Assembly: GCA_963787975.1 (NCBI GenBank)
Contig: CAWBEU010000007.1
Location: 21,640-85,639, forward strand
Length of the DNA: 64,000 nucleotides
Direction of reading: 5' to 3'
Source of the DNA: an uncultured Thermoplasmata archaeon
Lineage (GTDB): Archaea; Thermoplasmatota; Thermoplasmata; Lutacidiplasmatales; UBA184
In this document: positions 18,528 to 29,013 of the stretch, piece after piece
How positions within the stretch are numbered: position 1 is the stretch's first letter
Layout: each line of letters opens with the position of its first letter
Made by a program: the position numbers and the translations under genes
The notes under the pieces: generated by a model
Databases searched by the model: none
Seen by the model: the letters and a program-made list of their open reading frames with translations, nothing else
Told to the model about the DNA's origin: nothing

Positions 18528-19379
18528 ATGCGAGTCGCGCTGTACCAGTTCGCCCCCGAGTTTCCCGGCAAAGACCACAACTGGGAGCGGATCCGAGCGC
18601 TTGCCGAGTCGACCGACGCGGACGTGGTCGTCTTCCCGGAACTTACGTCCTCGGGGTACATGTACAAAAGCCGCGACGAGATCGCGCCGTACACCGACTC
18701 TCGCGACGCTCTTCGGTCCCTCGAGCCGATCGCTCGCAAGCACGACCGGCTCATCATCGGGGGATTCGCGGAGCGAGCGGCGAACGGTCAACTGTTCAAC
18801 AGCGCGTACGTCGTCGGTCCGGAGCGAAACTGGGTGTACCGGAAGGTCCACCTCTGGAACGTCGAGAATGAGCTCTTCGGCACCGGAAGCCAGGCGCTGA
18901 CGTTCGAGTTCCAGGGCCACCGCCTCGGCGTCATCGTCTGCTACGACCTACAGTTCCCCGAGCTGGCCAGCTACTATGCACGCAAGGGAGTCGAGCTCCT
19001 GCTGGTGCCGATGGCGTGGGCGGAGGAGCCAGTCGCCCTCGGTTCCGACCTGCAGATATACAACCACCTTGCGATCTCCACGGCATTCTCCCACGGGATC
19101 TACGTCGGGGTCTCCAATCGCGTCGGCACGGAGCGGGGCGCGGTCTTTCCCGGGCAGTCCAGCTTGACCGACCCGTTCGGTCGGATCCAGCACCTGGATT
19201 CCACCGAGGGAGCCCTTGTTGCGAGCCTGGACTTCTCTCTTATCGCCAAAGCGAAGCAGCCCAGTCCGCGGAACAACCTGGATACTGACCCGCGACTGAG
19301 GATATCGCTCCCGCCCGCGAGACCCTCGCGAAAGCGGAGCGAGCCGAAGAGCCGCCGAGGCCGCCCGCGACGACGTTAG
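18528..19379 (+). CDS. Carbon-nitrogen hydrolase (nitrilase/amidase family)
   Basis: Catalytic triad context FPEL, YRKVHL, VCYDLQFPE; start at MRVALYQ. Confidence 0.9.
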   Translation: MRVALYQFAPEFPGKDHNWERIRALAESTDADVVVFPELTSSGYMYKSRDEIAPYTDSRDALRSLEPIARKHDRLIIGGFAERAANGQLFNSAYVVGPERNWVYRKVHLWNVENELFGTGSQALTFEFQGHRLGVIVCYDLQFPELASYYARKGVELLLVPMAWAEEPVALGSDLQIYNHLAISTAFSHGIYVGVSNRVGTERGAVFPGQSSLTDPFGRIQHLDSTEGALVASLDFSLIAKAKQPSPRNNLDTDPRLRISLPPARPSRKRSEPKSRRGRPRRR

Positions 19380-19383
19380 GCAA

Positions 19384-19854
19384 CTAGCTCCCCGAAGGGG
19401 GCGGGGTAGCGGGCGGCGACGCGGGGGGAGCTGCGGGGGGCAGCTGCGAAGTGCAGAAGCCGCAGCGGGTCGCCAGGAGCGGGATCGTGTTCTGGCAGAA
19501 CGGGCATGTCTTGGTCGTCGGCGGGGCAGCGGCCCGCTTCGCTGCTTGATGCTCCTGGTATCGTAACAAGGGATAGACGATCAGGAAGAACAGGACCGCC
19601 GCGACGATCAGGAAGTTGAGGACATCCGACAGGAAAGCGCCCCAATGAAACGTCACGTGGCTGACGTTGGTCGACTCGTTGGCAAGATTTCCGGTTCCTC
19701 CCGCCAGGCCGATCAGGGGGGAGATGATTCCGGTGGTGAGTCCCGTGATGACGGAAGCAAAGGCCACGCCGATCACGAAAGCGATCGCGAGCTGAATGAT
19801 GTTGCCCTTGGTGATGAAGTTGCGGAACTCCTGAGCGATCTTCGGTTGCTTCAC
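19384..19854 (-). CDS. mscL: Large-conductance mechanosensitive channel with C-terminal zinc ribbon
   Basis: EFRNFITKGNIIQLAIAFVIG.AF, FLSDVLNFLIVA; tail CPFC...CGFC. Confidence 0.9.
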   Translation of the reverse strand: MKQPKIAQEFRNFITKGNIIQLAIAFVIGVAFASVITGLTTGIISPLIGLAGGTGNLANESTNVSHVTFHWGAFLSDVLNFLIVAAVLFFLIVYPLLRYQEHQAAKRAAAPPTTKTCPFCQNTIPLLATRCGFCTSQLPPAAPPASPPATPPPSGS

Positions 19855-20101
19855 AGGCGATCGGTCCCCTCCGTGCCGAGCAATCATATCGGGGTCAAAA
19901 GCGTACCGCTGAGACCGATCTCATGTTCACCACAGGGCCGCCGGGCGCGCGGTCGGTCCGACGGCGGTCGACCTGCTGAGTTGGACCGGCGCCGCGCCGC
20001 AACGCGGGCCACACGAACCGGCCAGGGTGGGGGCGCGCAGGAAGAGCAGAAAAGGGAAGGAAGCCTCGCTCTACGCCTAGGTCTCCCGCGGAGCTGGGTC
20101 C

Positions 20102-22614
20102 TTGATCGGTCGGGTCGGCGACACGCAGTTGGCTCGCATCTCAAGGCGGTACCCGGTCCTCCGGCGATCCCGCCCTCGGCTCTGGGTCGTAGCCATCGCG
20201 GTCGGTCTCGTCGCGCTCCTGCTCCTCGGGAGCGGGATTCAGGCTCCGGGTCTCGGGACACCCGGCTCCAACTCCGGGCCCGGCGAGACCCACAGGGCCC
20301 AACCCTCGATGAGTGCCCTATCCGCCGGAAGGGTCGCCTCGGCCACGCCCGCGCCGTTGCCGGCCCAGCTCCCCACCGCGCCGGCGGCCCCCGGCTCGCC
20401 CCAATTCGCTTGGAGCACTGCCCGGCCTGCCCCCGTCGGGAACCTGACAGGATCGGGGCTCGCGTCAGACCCGGGCCGCGCGGAAGCGGTGCTGTTCGGC
20501 GGTGCGAATTCGAGTGTGCTCCAGAATCAGACGTGGGCCTACTGGGAGGCCAACAACACCTGGACGAACGTTTCGACGCCCGCCCGCCTCACTCCTCGGA
20601 GCGACTTCGGCTTCGCCGGCGACTCGGCGTCCCAGGTCGCTGCCCTGTTCGGGGGCCTCGCGAACGAGACCACCGGACGGGTCGATGCAGACACCTGGGT
20701 CTTCAACTTCCTGGCCGGAACGTGGACCAACGTCACCAGCGGCACGGCTCCGCCGGCCCGGCAGGACCCCGCGTTCGCCGTTGCTCCGGCGCTGGGAGAG
20801 GCGCTCCTGTACGGAGGTTGGAATCGGAACTTCTCCGGGAGCGGTGCCCTCCTCTACAGCGACACGTGGCTTCTCAACCTCACCTCGTACGCCTGGACCC
20901 GTGTTCCCGTGGGGAGTGGAGCGCAGCCCCCACCGCTCCAGGGCGCCAGCCTGAGCTGGGACCCAGCCCGCGCGCAGTTCGAGCTCTTCGGCGGATGCTT
21001 CCCCTGCCTCTCGGAGGTCTGGCGTTACACCCCGTCGACCCGAATCTGGTCCCAGGCAAACGCTTCCGGCACGCTCCCGACACCCCGAGGGTCCCCCGCG
21101 TGGGCCTACGACCCAGCACAGCAGCAGGATGTGCTGTTCGGAGGAATCGGCAACGGGGGCCCATTGAACGACACGTACGCCTGGAACCCCGCCACCGGAA
21201 ACTGGACCGCGCAGGCGCTCGCGGTCCATCCGTCGGGCCGCTCCGCCGCCGCCGCAACGTGGATGGACGTCCCCAGCAACGAGACGCTCCTCCTCACCGA
21301 AGGGGCGGGACTGAACGGGTCCGCAGACCTCTGGAGGCTCGCACCGATGGCGAACGTGTCGATTCTCGTGCAGAACGTGTCCAATCAGCTGCCAGTGGCG
21401 AACGCCACCGTCAGTCTCGACGGCGGAGACGCGGCGTTCACCGATGCCCACGGCTATCGCAACCTGACCCAGGTGACGCCCGTGGAGCACACGATCGCGG
21501 CGATCGCCCCGGGATATGCTCCGACGAACCTCTCGGTCTGGATTTCACCCGGACTCACGACCCACCTGGTACTGAATCTGACGCCCGTCCGGCCCGCGAA
21601 CCTAACGGTCGAGGTGACCAGTACCACCGGGGTCCCGGTCGTGGGGGCCACAGTAGCCGTCTTTCTCCAAGGTATCCTGTTCCTGAGCCCTCCCCTGGTG
21701 ACCGACTCTTCGGGCTTCGCCAACTACACGAACATCCCAACCTTTTCCGTGGAGGTAGCGGCCTACGATCGGTACTTCCACTCCGCCTCGGCGCTGGTGG
21801 ACCTCGTGGCCGGCCAGGGAACGTTCCTCCAGCTTCAACTGACCCCGTTCGCGTTGGCCTTCGTCCATGTCCTCGGATTCCTGCCGCCGCTCGGATTCAG
21901 TCAACCGCTGTTCGGTGCCCAGGTTAGCGTCGACCCGTACGCCGTCGGCATCACGGACATCGACGGGGAGGCGACCGTGCAGATGGACCTCGACGGAATC
22001 GTCGGGTTCACCGGCTCGGCCCCGGGATTCGCCTCTTCCCAGGTGCTGGCGCAGGCCCCGTACACTGGAATCTTCCTGGTCAATCTCACTCTTACGTCAC
22101 TGCCGTTCGGGGCTCTGGACATCCACGTTCTCGATGCCGGGACGCACGCGCCGATCGTGGGCGCGTCGGTCAACCTGAGCACGCTGGCCGGCACCCCCCT
22201 CATTGGACTGGTGCTCACCGCCCGGTCCGGGGCGACGGGCTACGCGAACGAGAGCTACCCTCCCACCAACTACTCGGCCACCGTGGAACATCCGGGATAC
22301 GTCACGAACACCTCGCTGACCGACCTTACGGTCTTCCCCTCGGGCGTGCAGATGCTTACCGTCAACTTGACTCCCCTGCCCGCGTCCCAGAGTCCGGGGG
22401 GAACGGCTCGTTCTACCTCTTCCCGCCCGGTCATCCGGTCGCGTGGCTGTTCCTCGTCGTTCCCCTCCTCCTGGTTCTCGCGGGAGGAGCGTACTTGGGG
22501 GCGCTGCGGGGAGAGCGTACGAGGCCGTGGCCGGTTCCCGCGACCCGGCAAGTCCCGAGACCCCTTCCGCCCCCGGACCCGAGGCTCCCACCCCCGCCCC
22601 CTCCCGCCGAATGA
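20102..22614 (+). CDS. Large secreted/surface protein: Kelch-like beta-propeller + carboxypeptidase-regulatory-like beta-sandwich repeats + C-terminal TM anchor (frameshift in a G-run near 22400)
   Basis: Signal/TM segment, repeated LFGG...DTW..W, many NxT/S sequons; the shifted frame gives VAWLFLVVPLLLVLAGGAYLG and a Pro-rich tail ending at TGA 22614. Confidence 0.75.
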
Positions 22615-22641
22615 CGAAGCGGTTCTCGCTCCTCGCCGCCG

Positions 22642-23535
22642 CTAGCGGCGCGGTGGAAGTGGCCGGAGCATCAAGCCGATCGTGATCCCGAGAGCGACGA
22701 CGACTCCGGCCGCAAGTATCACGAGGGTGATCCCCGGGCTGAAGAAGGCCACCCCGACCACCAAAGCGGCCGCGATGCCACCGCCCAGCAACGACGGAAG
22801 ACCAGGGGGAAGGCCCTCGGCCGGTTCGGGGCTCGAGCGGTCCGCCAGAACAGCCGCGAGCTCCGGCCCCACATCGGAGGAGGCCCCGACGATAGGCGGA
22901 GGCGAGGGCGTTCCGCCGGCCGCCGGCAGGAGCTCCCCCCAAGCTGTCTGCGGGCGGAGCGAAGTGAACAGGAGCCCGGCCGCCGCGATCGCGGCGAGCA
23001 CTACATAGTCCGGGTCGAAGAAATCCCGCAGGGGCAGCGCGCCGCCGGAGGACGCGAGCAGTCCGTACAGCCCCGAGCTTTGGGTCACGAACACGGAAAT
23101 GAACTCGTGAACGAACTCGCGTCCCGTCACGATGACGCCGGCAGCCGTGAGCGCCTGGGTTGCGGCGAGCAGCCCGAGTCCTTCCGTGAGCGCGAGCGCG
23201 AACCCGAACAGACGCCACCCGGGCGCTCCGGGCCGGACCGAGTAACTCACCAGCAGGGCGGGGGAGGCGAGGATGGTTCCCGCCAGCAGCTCTACTCCGG
23301 ATCCGCTCGCGAGGTACAGCGCACCCAGCATCACGCTGGTCAGCACCAGTTGGGCGACGGGCGCCCACAGACGAAGGGACTCGACCGGGAGTACCGCGAG
23401 GACCGCGAGGAGGAACAGCGCGACGAACATTCCCGAGAACAATCCGTCCGAGGCAGGGACCGACTCGAGCACTACGGCGCCCACGTACAACGTGACGGGA
23501 AAGGCCAGGAGGATCGAGGGCCAGACCTCTTTCAT
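22642..23535 (-). CDS. Multi-pass membrane protein, last gene of the MoxR operon
   Basis: Hydrophobic ORF; ATGA overlap with the DUF58 gene. Confidence 0.65.
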   Translation of the reverse strand: MKEVWPSILLAFPVTLYVGAVVLESVPASDGLFSGMFVALFLLAVLAVLPVESLRLWAPVAQLVLTSVMLGALYLASGSGVELLAGTILASPALLVSYSVRPGAPGWRLFGFALALTEGLGLLAATQALTAAGVIVTGREFVHEFISVFVTQSSGLYGLLASSGGALPLRDFFDPDYVVLAAIAAAGLLFTSLRPQTAWGELLPAAGGTPSPPPIVGASSDVGPELAAVLADRSSPEPAEGLPPGLPSLLGGGIAAALVVGVAFFSPGITLVILAAGVVVALGITIGLMLRPLPPRR

Positions 23536-24860
23536 GCGCGCCTCCGGAACGCCCGGATTCGCACCGACAGCTCGGTCATCGCCTCCGTGGGTCCGTCGCG
23601 GTCGTAGCCGAACACCGGTATCTCGAGCGCTTCGACGGCCGCCACGACCTGGTTCCGGCGCCCCTTCTCCGGAGCGTCGACCAATGCCGCGACCCTGCGA
23701 GCGGTCGCGTCCCCGAGCTGGGGGTACATTTCAGGGAGATCCGGGAGGAAGAAGTAGAGCCGGTGTCCCTGACGAGCGAGGTTTCTGTACGCCTCCGAAT
23801 CCGGTTCCCTCCAACGAGCAGGCGCCGCGAAGAGGAGCAGATGGGCGGGTTTGTTCACCTTGTCGCGGAGGAACCCCAGGGCCTCGCTGGCCTCAAAGTT
23901 GCTCGGTCCGTCGGTCGCCTCCGTGAGCCCGCGCCGGACGGCCGCCGCCAAGTCGGAGCTCCGGCCGACCGGTACGAACAGGTCCGGTCGACCCGACCAC
24001 CGCAGGAGTCCCACACGGTCGGCTCGAAGGAGGGCGTACCGCACCACGAGCGCGCACGTCTCGACCGCGCGGTCGAGCGCGGACCTTCCGAACTCCCCGG
24101 CCCCCATGCGCGATCCGGTGTCGAGCACGATGAAGATGTCCTGGGGCGTTTCTCGTTCGAACTCTCGAACATACAGCCGGCCCATCGCCGAGCGCTTCCA
24201 GGCCACGGTCCGGATGTCGTCGGAGGTCTCGTAGTCCCGCAGCGATCGGAACTCGGTCCCCATTCCGCGGATGGGGAGATTGATTCCTCCCTCGATCCGA
24301 CGGTCGTGCTCGAAGCTGGAGGGCCCCGCCGAGACCAGAGGCACGCGCAGCGCCACATCGACGGTCCAGGGGTTCTCGACATTCGCGACACGAAACGCGA
24401 ACCCGAACGGTTCGTGCGCCACCACGACCGTCGGGCCGAGCAGAAATTCCCCTCGCCGGACCGGCCGGAACGCGTAGACCAGTCGCTTCTCCGCTTGAGA
24501 GCCCCACCACGTCACGAGACGCGGCGAGCCCGCCACGATCTCCAGAGAGTCGGGATGGGAGTCGAAGATCTCGGCAAAGAACCCCCACCGACCCTGGTAC
24601 CCTAGCCGGAGTCCCATCGAGCCGACGTCGCCGACGATCACCTCGGCCGAGTTCTGGTAGCGGTCGTACACGAAATCCGCCGGCCCGAAGCCGCGGGTCG
24701 TTACGCAGAACCAGAGCAGCGCCCCGAGGACGAATCCCGAGAAGGCGGTACCGACCACGAGGATCAGCAGGTTGAGCGAGAAGAATCCGAGCAGGAGGGT
24801 CCCGAGCCCGCCGGCCAGGGCACCCCAGCCCCGGGGGGCCAGCATCGCGGACGAGCGCAT
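23532..24860 (-). CDS. DUF58 domain protein (MoxR-associated)
   Basis: RRGEF.LGP, GMGTEFRSLRDYETSDDIRTVAWKRSA, LYVREFERE, IVLDTG; start MRSSAML. Confidence 0.88.
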   Translation of the reverse strand: MRSSAMLAPRGWGALAGGLGTLLLGFFSLNLLILVVGTAFSGFVLGALLWFCVTTRGFGPADFVYDRYQNSAEVIVGDVGSMGLRLGYQGRWGFFAEIFDSHPDSLEIVAGSPRLVTWWGSQAEKRLVYAFRPVRRGEFLLGPTVVVAHEPFGFAFRVANVENPWTVDVALRVPLVSAGPSSFEHDRRIEGGINLPIRGMGTEFRSLRDYETSDDIRTVAWKRSAMGRLYVREFERETPQDIFIVLDTGSRMGAGEFGRSALDRAVETCALVVRYALLRADRVGLLRWSGRPDLFVPVGRSSDLAAAVRRGLTEATDGPSNFEASEALGFLRDKVNKPAHLLLFAAPARWREPDSEAYRNLARQGHRLYFFLPDLPEMYPQLGDATARRVAALVDAPEKGRRNQVVAAVEALEIPVFGYDRDGPTEAMTELSVRIRAFRRRA

Positions 24861-25984
24861 CAGGGACGACCCCAGGTGTCGGCCTGGGCCGCGCGGGGCA
24901 CCGCAACCGAGGCGACCTCGGCCCGGATCGTCTCGGAGATCCGGCTCAGCGAACCCCCCCATCGGTCGCGCGACGTACCGGCGGTGAGGGCGCTGGGTCG
25001 GAGTACCAGTCGGTGATTCAGTAAGGCGACCACGAGGTCCCGGGCGTCATCCGGGATGACATAGGTCCGTCCGGCGAAGAGCGCCCCGGCCTGGCTCGCG
25101 TGGAGCAGATGAATCCCGGCACGCGGGGAGGCCCCGATCTGGACCGCCGGGTCCTCCCGCGTCACCCGGATGATCGCCGCGACGTACCGGATCAGGTCTT
25201 CCGAGACGTAGACCTGGGGAACTTGCGCCCGAAGAGTGTTGATATCCTCTCGGGAGATGAGGCCCACGGGGGACTCGGGTTCCGGTCCCGACCGGCTCCG
25301 GAGGATCCGGCGCTCGTCTTCTTCACTGGGGTAGTCCATGAGCCAGCGGAACAGGAACCGGTCGAGCTCCGCTTCGGGGAGGGGATAGGTTCCTTCCTGC
25401 TCGATCGGATTCTCCGTGGCGATGACGAGGAAGGGCCGGGGGAGGGGGTAGCTCTTCCCGTCGATCGTGACCTGTCGCTCCTGCATCGCCTCCAGGAAGG
25501 CAGACTGAACCTTGGGCGGCGCCCGGTTGATCTCGTCGGCCAGGATGACGTTCGTGAAGATGGGGCCGGGTCGGAATTCGAACTGCTGCTCCCGGGGGTT
25601 CAGCACGACGGTTCCGAGGATATCTGCCGGAAGCATGTCGGGAGTGAACTGGATCCGCCGGAACGATAGGTCCAGCGCGCGGGCGAACGACCGCGCCAGG
25701 TAGGTCTTCGCCAGACCCGGGACCCCTTCCAGCAGCACGTGGCCTTCCGTCACGAGGGCGATCGCGAGGATCCGTGCGGCGTCCTGGTACCCGACGACTA
25801 CAGTGGCGATCGCCTTCTGCAATCGGTTGAGAACATTGAGAGCGAGGGGGCGACCCGAGACATCGAGAGCGCCGAGCGGGCCTCGGCCGGATGCGGGGAC
25901 AGCCCCGGCGGGAGGATCCTGCGCTGGCGCCGTAGGGACCGTGGCGCCGGGGAGGCCCGTAACGGGGTTCGACGGAGCCGTCAT
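24860..25984 (-). CDS. moxR: MoxR-family AAA+ ATPase
   Basis: EGVPGLAKT, RIQFTPDMLPAD, ADEINRAPPKVQSAFLEAMQE, ATENPIEQEGTYPLPEAELDRF; start MTAPSNP. Confidence 0.93.
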   Translation of the reverse strand: MTAPSNPVTGLPGATVPTAPAQDPPAGAVPASGRGPLGALDVSGRPLALNVLNRLQKAIATVVVGYQDAARILAIALVTEGHVLLEGVPGLAKTYLARSFARALDLSFRRIQFTPDMLPADILGTVVLNPREQQFEFRPGPIFTNVILADEINRAPPKVQSAFLEAMQERQVTIDGKSYPLPRPFLVIATENPIEQEGTYPLPEAELDRFLFRWLMDYPSEEDERRILRSRSGPEPESPVGLISREDINTLRAQVPQVYVSEDLIRYVAAIIRVTREDPAVQIGASPRAGIHLLHASQAGALFAGRTYVIPDDARDLVVALLNHRLVLRPSALTAGTSRDRWGGSLSRISETIRAEVASVAVPRAAQADTWGRP

Positions 25985-26514
25985 GTCCCCGAGCCTTGCG
26001 GCCGACCTCCCAACTGCGACTCCAGGGCCTCGAGGTCGACCAATGCACGAACGAAGATACGCTGCGCCCGGGCTCTCGCGCGGGGGCGCCGCCACTTGGC
26101 CAACCAGCTCGCCGGAGAGGTATCCTCCGCGTACTGGGCCTCATAGAACGCCGATTGCAGGGCCCCGACGGCCCGACGGAACCGCGGCCGGTTCGGAATC
26201 TGGTTCCGGAGGAAGTATCCCCCGAGGCGGACGAAGCGTGAAATTGGGACCCCGTACCGCCGGTAGAATTCCTGGGATAACCAGGTGTACGTGGCCTGGA
26301 TCGGCGGGCCGAGTTGATCGGCGCTCAATGCCTCGTGGAGCAGACGCACGGTGTCCAGCTCCCACGGACGCCGCAGCGAGTAGGGTGCAAGCGCCGGTGG
26401 GAGGACGCTAGACTCCCAGCTCCACCAAGCAACGACGGAGCAGACCAGGAGAAGCACGGGAACTCCGAATTCCGGCTGGACGAAGAGCGCAAGAATCGCG
26501 TCCGTGGCGCTCAT
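25981..26514 (-). CDS. Hypothetical protein with N-terminal TM segment (MoxR operon)
   Basis: ATGA overlaps on both sides; hydrophobic N-terminus. Confidence 0.6.
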   Translation of the reverse strand: MSATDAILALFVQPEFGVPVLLLVCSVVAWWSWESSVLPPALAPYSLRRPWELDTVRLLHEALSADQLGPPIQATYTWLSQEFYRRYGVPISRFVRLGGYFLRNQIPNRPRFRRAVGALQSAFYEAQYAEDTSPASWLAKWRRPRARARAQRIFVRALVDLEALESQLGGRPQGSGT

Positions 26515-26951
26515 GCAGACATCCGCCGGGCGGAAGGCATCGGGTCCGGCGAGTTCACGGGCAATCCCCGCCTCCGGACGCCGACCGGCAGACCGGGCTC
26601 GAGTCCCTGAATGGGCAGAAGGGCGGGTTGGTCGTACAGCTGACGAAGGGTCTCGACCACGTCCCCGGCGGGGACGTTCCGCGTTTTCCCATACCGGACG
26701 GGCTCGTATACGCGATAGAGGCGGGCAAGAAGGACCGGCGCGTAGCCCATGTCAGGCCTGACCCCGAACCGGAAGATATCCGAGTAGGTCCAGTTGAGGG
26801 GCGGCTCGAAACCGAAAGTCGCCTCGAAGTCGCGAATGGCCGTCTCGAACCCGACGAGGATCGCCCTCGCTGACTCGCCGGTCTCCAGCATCCGACGAAC
26901 CTCGGATATGACGGGGATCTCGGCCGGCGCAGCCACGGTCTGGTCCTTCAT
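26511..26951 (-). CDS. Hypothetical protein (DUF4129-like?), first gene of the MoxR operon
   Basis: Overlap with the next gene; LARLYRVYEPVRYG resembles the DUF4129 pattern. Confidence 0.55.
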   Translation of the reverse strand: MKDQTVAAPAEIPVISEVRRMLETGESARAILVGFETAIRDFEATFGFEPPLNWTYSDIFRFGVRPDMGYAPVLLARLYRVYEPVRYGKTRNVPAGDVVETLRQLYDQPALLPIQGLEPGLPVGVRRRGLPVNSPDPMPSARRMSA

Positions 26952-27347
26952 GGAACTACGTCCCCCGAATTGGCCGGGTTCCGCCTCGAGGATCGCGATG
27001 CGCGGGCGCGGAGGCCGACGGGCGGCCTATCGAGGTGGGGGGAATGACCGTAGGGTGCGCTAGGCGCGCGCATCGGAAGCCCGGCTGGGTCGCACCGCGT
27101 CTTCAGACAACTAGATTGCGGGGCCGGCACGGGGACCCCGGAACTTCCGGGCTCGGGTCGCCCCCCCGGACGCCCGCGACATCCTTCGAAATGATCCTGT
27201 CCGGAAGCCTACTCCGAAGTAGGTGCAAGATGCGTTGCACCCACACGGGGACCGGCGGCTCTCAGCCGTGGTCACTCGCTTTTGAACCAATCGTTTGCGT
27301 TCTTGGACCAAAAACTGGGTGACCCCAAACGCATCCTCTGAGCCTCG

Positions 27348-27848
27348 ATGAAAGCGCGACCTGTCGGGGTGTTCGGGGGACTGCTTCTGCTGGACTTCGT
27401 ACTGCTCCTTGTCATGCTGGCGACGGACAAGAACCTTCAAACCGACTTCGGCGCCGTCTCGCCATACTACCTGCACTGGTACGGTGTCCTCGCACTCGCG
27501 GTGGTAACCCTTCTCTCCGGGATCGCTGTCCTCGGGACCCTTAGCCCTTCAATGTCGAAGGAAAGCATGTTCACTCGAAACCGATACTCCTTGATTGCGG
27601 CCACCGTCTGGGCCTGGCTCGCCATCGTCGCGATGGTGGCGGTCGTGGCAACCTACCAACAGGTGGGATTCTCCTCGACCAGCCAGTTCGCCCGGTACTT
27701 GTTCGGCGTCTCGGCATATCCCGGGGCGTTGTCGTATATTCCGTGGCTCTACGACCTGCTTCTTGCTCTGTTCATCATCTCGGCCATTGTTGGTGTGATT
27801 GTCGTGGTGCAGACCCGGAAGCCTGCCCCTCCTCCCGGGTCGACCTAG
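27348..27848 (+). CDS. Hypothetical four-TM membrane protein
   Basis: Four hydrophobic segments. Confidence 0.65.
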   Translation: MKARPVGVFGGLLLLDFVLLLVMLATDKNLQTDFGAVSPYYLHWYGVLALAVVTLLSGIAVLGTLSPSMSKESMFTRNRYSLIAATVWAWLAIVAMVAVVATYQQVGFSSTSQFARYLFGVSAYPGALSYIPWLYDLLLALFIISAIVGVIVVVQTRKPAPPPGST

Positions 27849-27923
27849 GGCCGGAATCTCCCGTACAGATCGACAACGGATCCATAACGGGACCGCTTCG
27901 GATGCCCCTCTGCGCGGCGTCGC

Positions 27924-28391
27924 TCAGCGAGACCGCTTGGAACGACTCGAGCGGTAGTCCCGCTCCAAGGCCCTCCCGAGGTTCCGCCACATGGTATGCA
28001 GTTCCTTCTCGAGAGCGGCCTTCGTGGGGTTCTTCACGCCTAACGGAGTCGCGCGCCGTTTTCCTCGCATGGTGAACTCCGTTTGCCCGTTGGACGGCTC
28101 TCGGAGGGAATACTCGAGGTCCCAGGTCCGGTAGTTACCGACTGCGGTCGCGGTCCATCGGTTCGGCGGCCGAAGCGTCACCGTTTGCCTGCTCCACATC
28201 CATCCGTGGGGAGTTTCGTTCAAGTCTTCATAGACCACGGTGCGGGAGGTCTTCCGGATGATCTGACGGGAACCCGGGTCACCCTGGAGCTTGCGATCCC
28301 GCGTGGTGTAATCAGTGCACCAAGTATAAACGAAGCTGAGCGGGGCGCGGAACGTCCTCTTGATCACATAGATCGAAACCGGCCCAGTCAT
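27924..28391 (-). CDS. START/SRPBCC-like protein, family X copy A
   Basis: FRAPLSFVYTWCTDY...YEDL...GWMWSRQTVTLRPPNRW...GNYRTWDLEYSL; paralog of 36546 and 37092. Confidence 0.65.
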   Translation of the reverse strand: MTGPVSIYVIKRTFRAPLSFVYTWCTDYTTRDRKLQGDPGSRQIIRKTSRTVVYEDLNETPHGWMWSRQTVTLRPPNRWTATAVGNYRTWDLEYSLREPSNGQTEFTMRGKRRATPLGVKNPTKAALEKELHTMWRNLGRALERDYRSSRSKRSR

Positions 28392-28448
28392 CCCAACGTG
28401 CTTCCTGCCGGGCTCCGACCGATGGTGCGAGGTAGGGCGCGTCGTCGC

Positions 28449-28874
28449 TCAATCCATCCCGGGCGCGGAGGGATTGTTCTGCCAAACCATCATCAGATTA
28501 CCCTCGGAATCCTTGAAGAACGCGGCGGCCCCGGTCGGGTCGTAGGCGATCGGTCCAACCACTTTCGTCTCCCAGCTCATCCGATCGGGCCGCTGAAACT
28601 TGACTCCTTTGCGTTGCAGTCCGCTCACGAACCCTCTAATGTGCTTCACGACGAACGTACAGTACGCCAGGGTCCGTTTCTCCCGCTTCTGGGGGGCAAT
28701 CAGCCAGACATCATCCTTCCCGAGCCTCACGGAGGCCCAAAAATTCCTCATCTCGCCCGTCCCTCGGGTAATCAGTTTCCCCCCCACGGCCTTGGTGTAG
28801 AACTTGACTGCGCGGCTCATGTTCCTGATCGGGATGAAAGTCACTACGCGTGCTCCAGACAACATCGATACCAC
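28449..28874 (-). CDS. VOC/glyoxalase family protein
   Basis: IPIRNMSRAVKFY, TFVVKHI, AAFFKDSEGNLM. Confidence 0.8.
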   Translation of the reverse strand: MVSMLSGARVVTFIPIRNMSRAVKFYTKAVGGKLITRGTGEMRNFWASVRLGKDDVWLIAPQKREKRTLAYCTFVVKHIRGFVSGLQRKGVKFQRPDRMSWETKVVGPIAYDPTGAAAFFKDSEGNLMMVWQNNPSAPGMD

Positions 28875-29013
28875 CCACTCCGTCCCCTCGTCGTCGAGGA
28901 GACATTCAAACCGCGGCTAATCTCGGTCTACGCTATGTAGCTTCGCTAGGAGCGGTCCGTAGGAAACAGCCCTACTCGCCCTTCTCGAGCACGTCGGAGG
29001 TGCCAGCGGGTTT

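Noticed and set aside
19384-19520. Zinc ribbon on MscL as a novelty
   Set aside because: MscL proteins with a C-terminal CPxC...CxxC tail are, to my knowledge, already common in several lineages.
19645-21927. Long alternative-frame ORFs (e.g. 19645-21927, 10944-12869, 53337-55100, 2716-3606, 6144-7331)
   Set aside because: Arg/Gly/Pro-rich shadow ORFs overlapping genes with clear motifs; expected at this GC content.
26952-27347. Additional gene in the gap upstream of the MoxR operon
   Set aside because: Candidate ORFs (26948-27130, 27035-27322, 27111-27476) lack motifs and plausible composition; this is probably a divergent promoter region.
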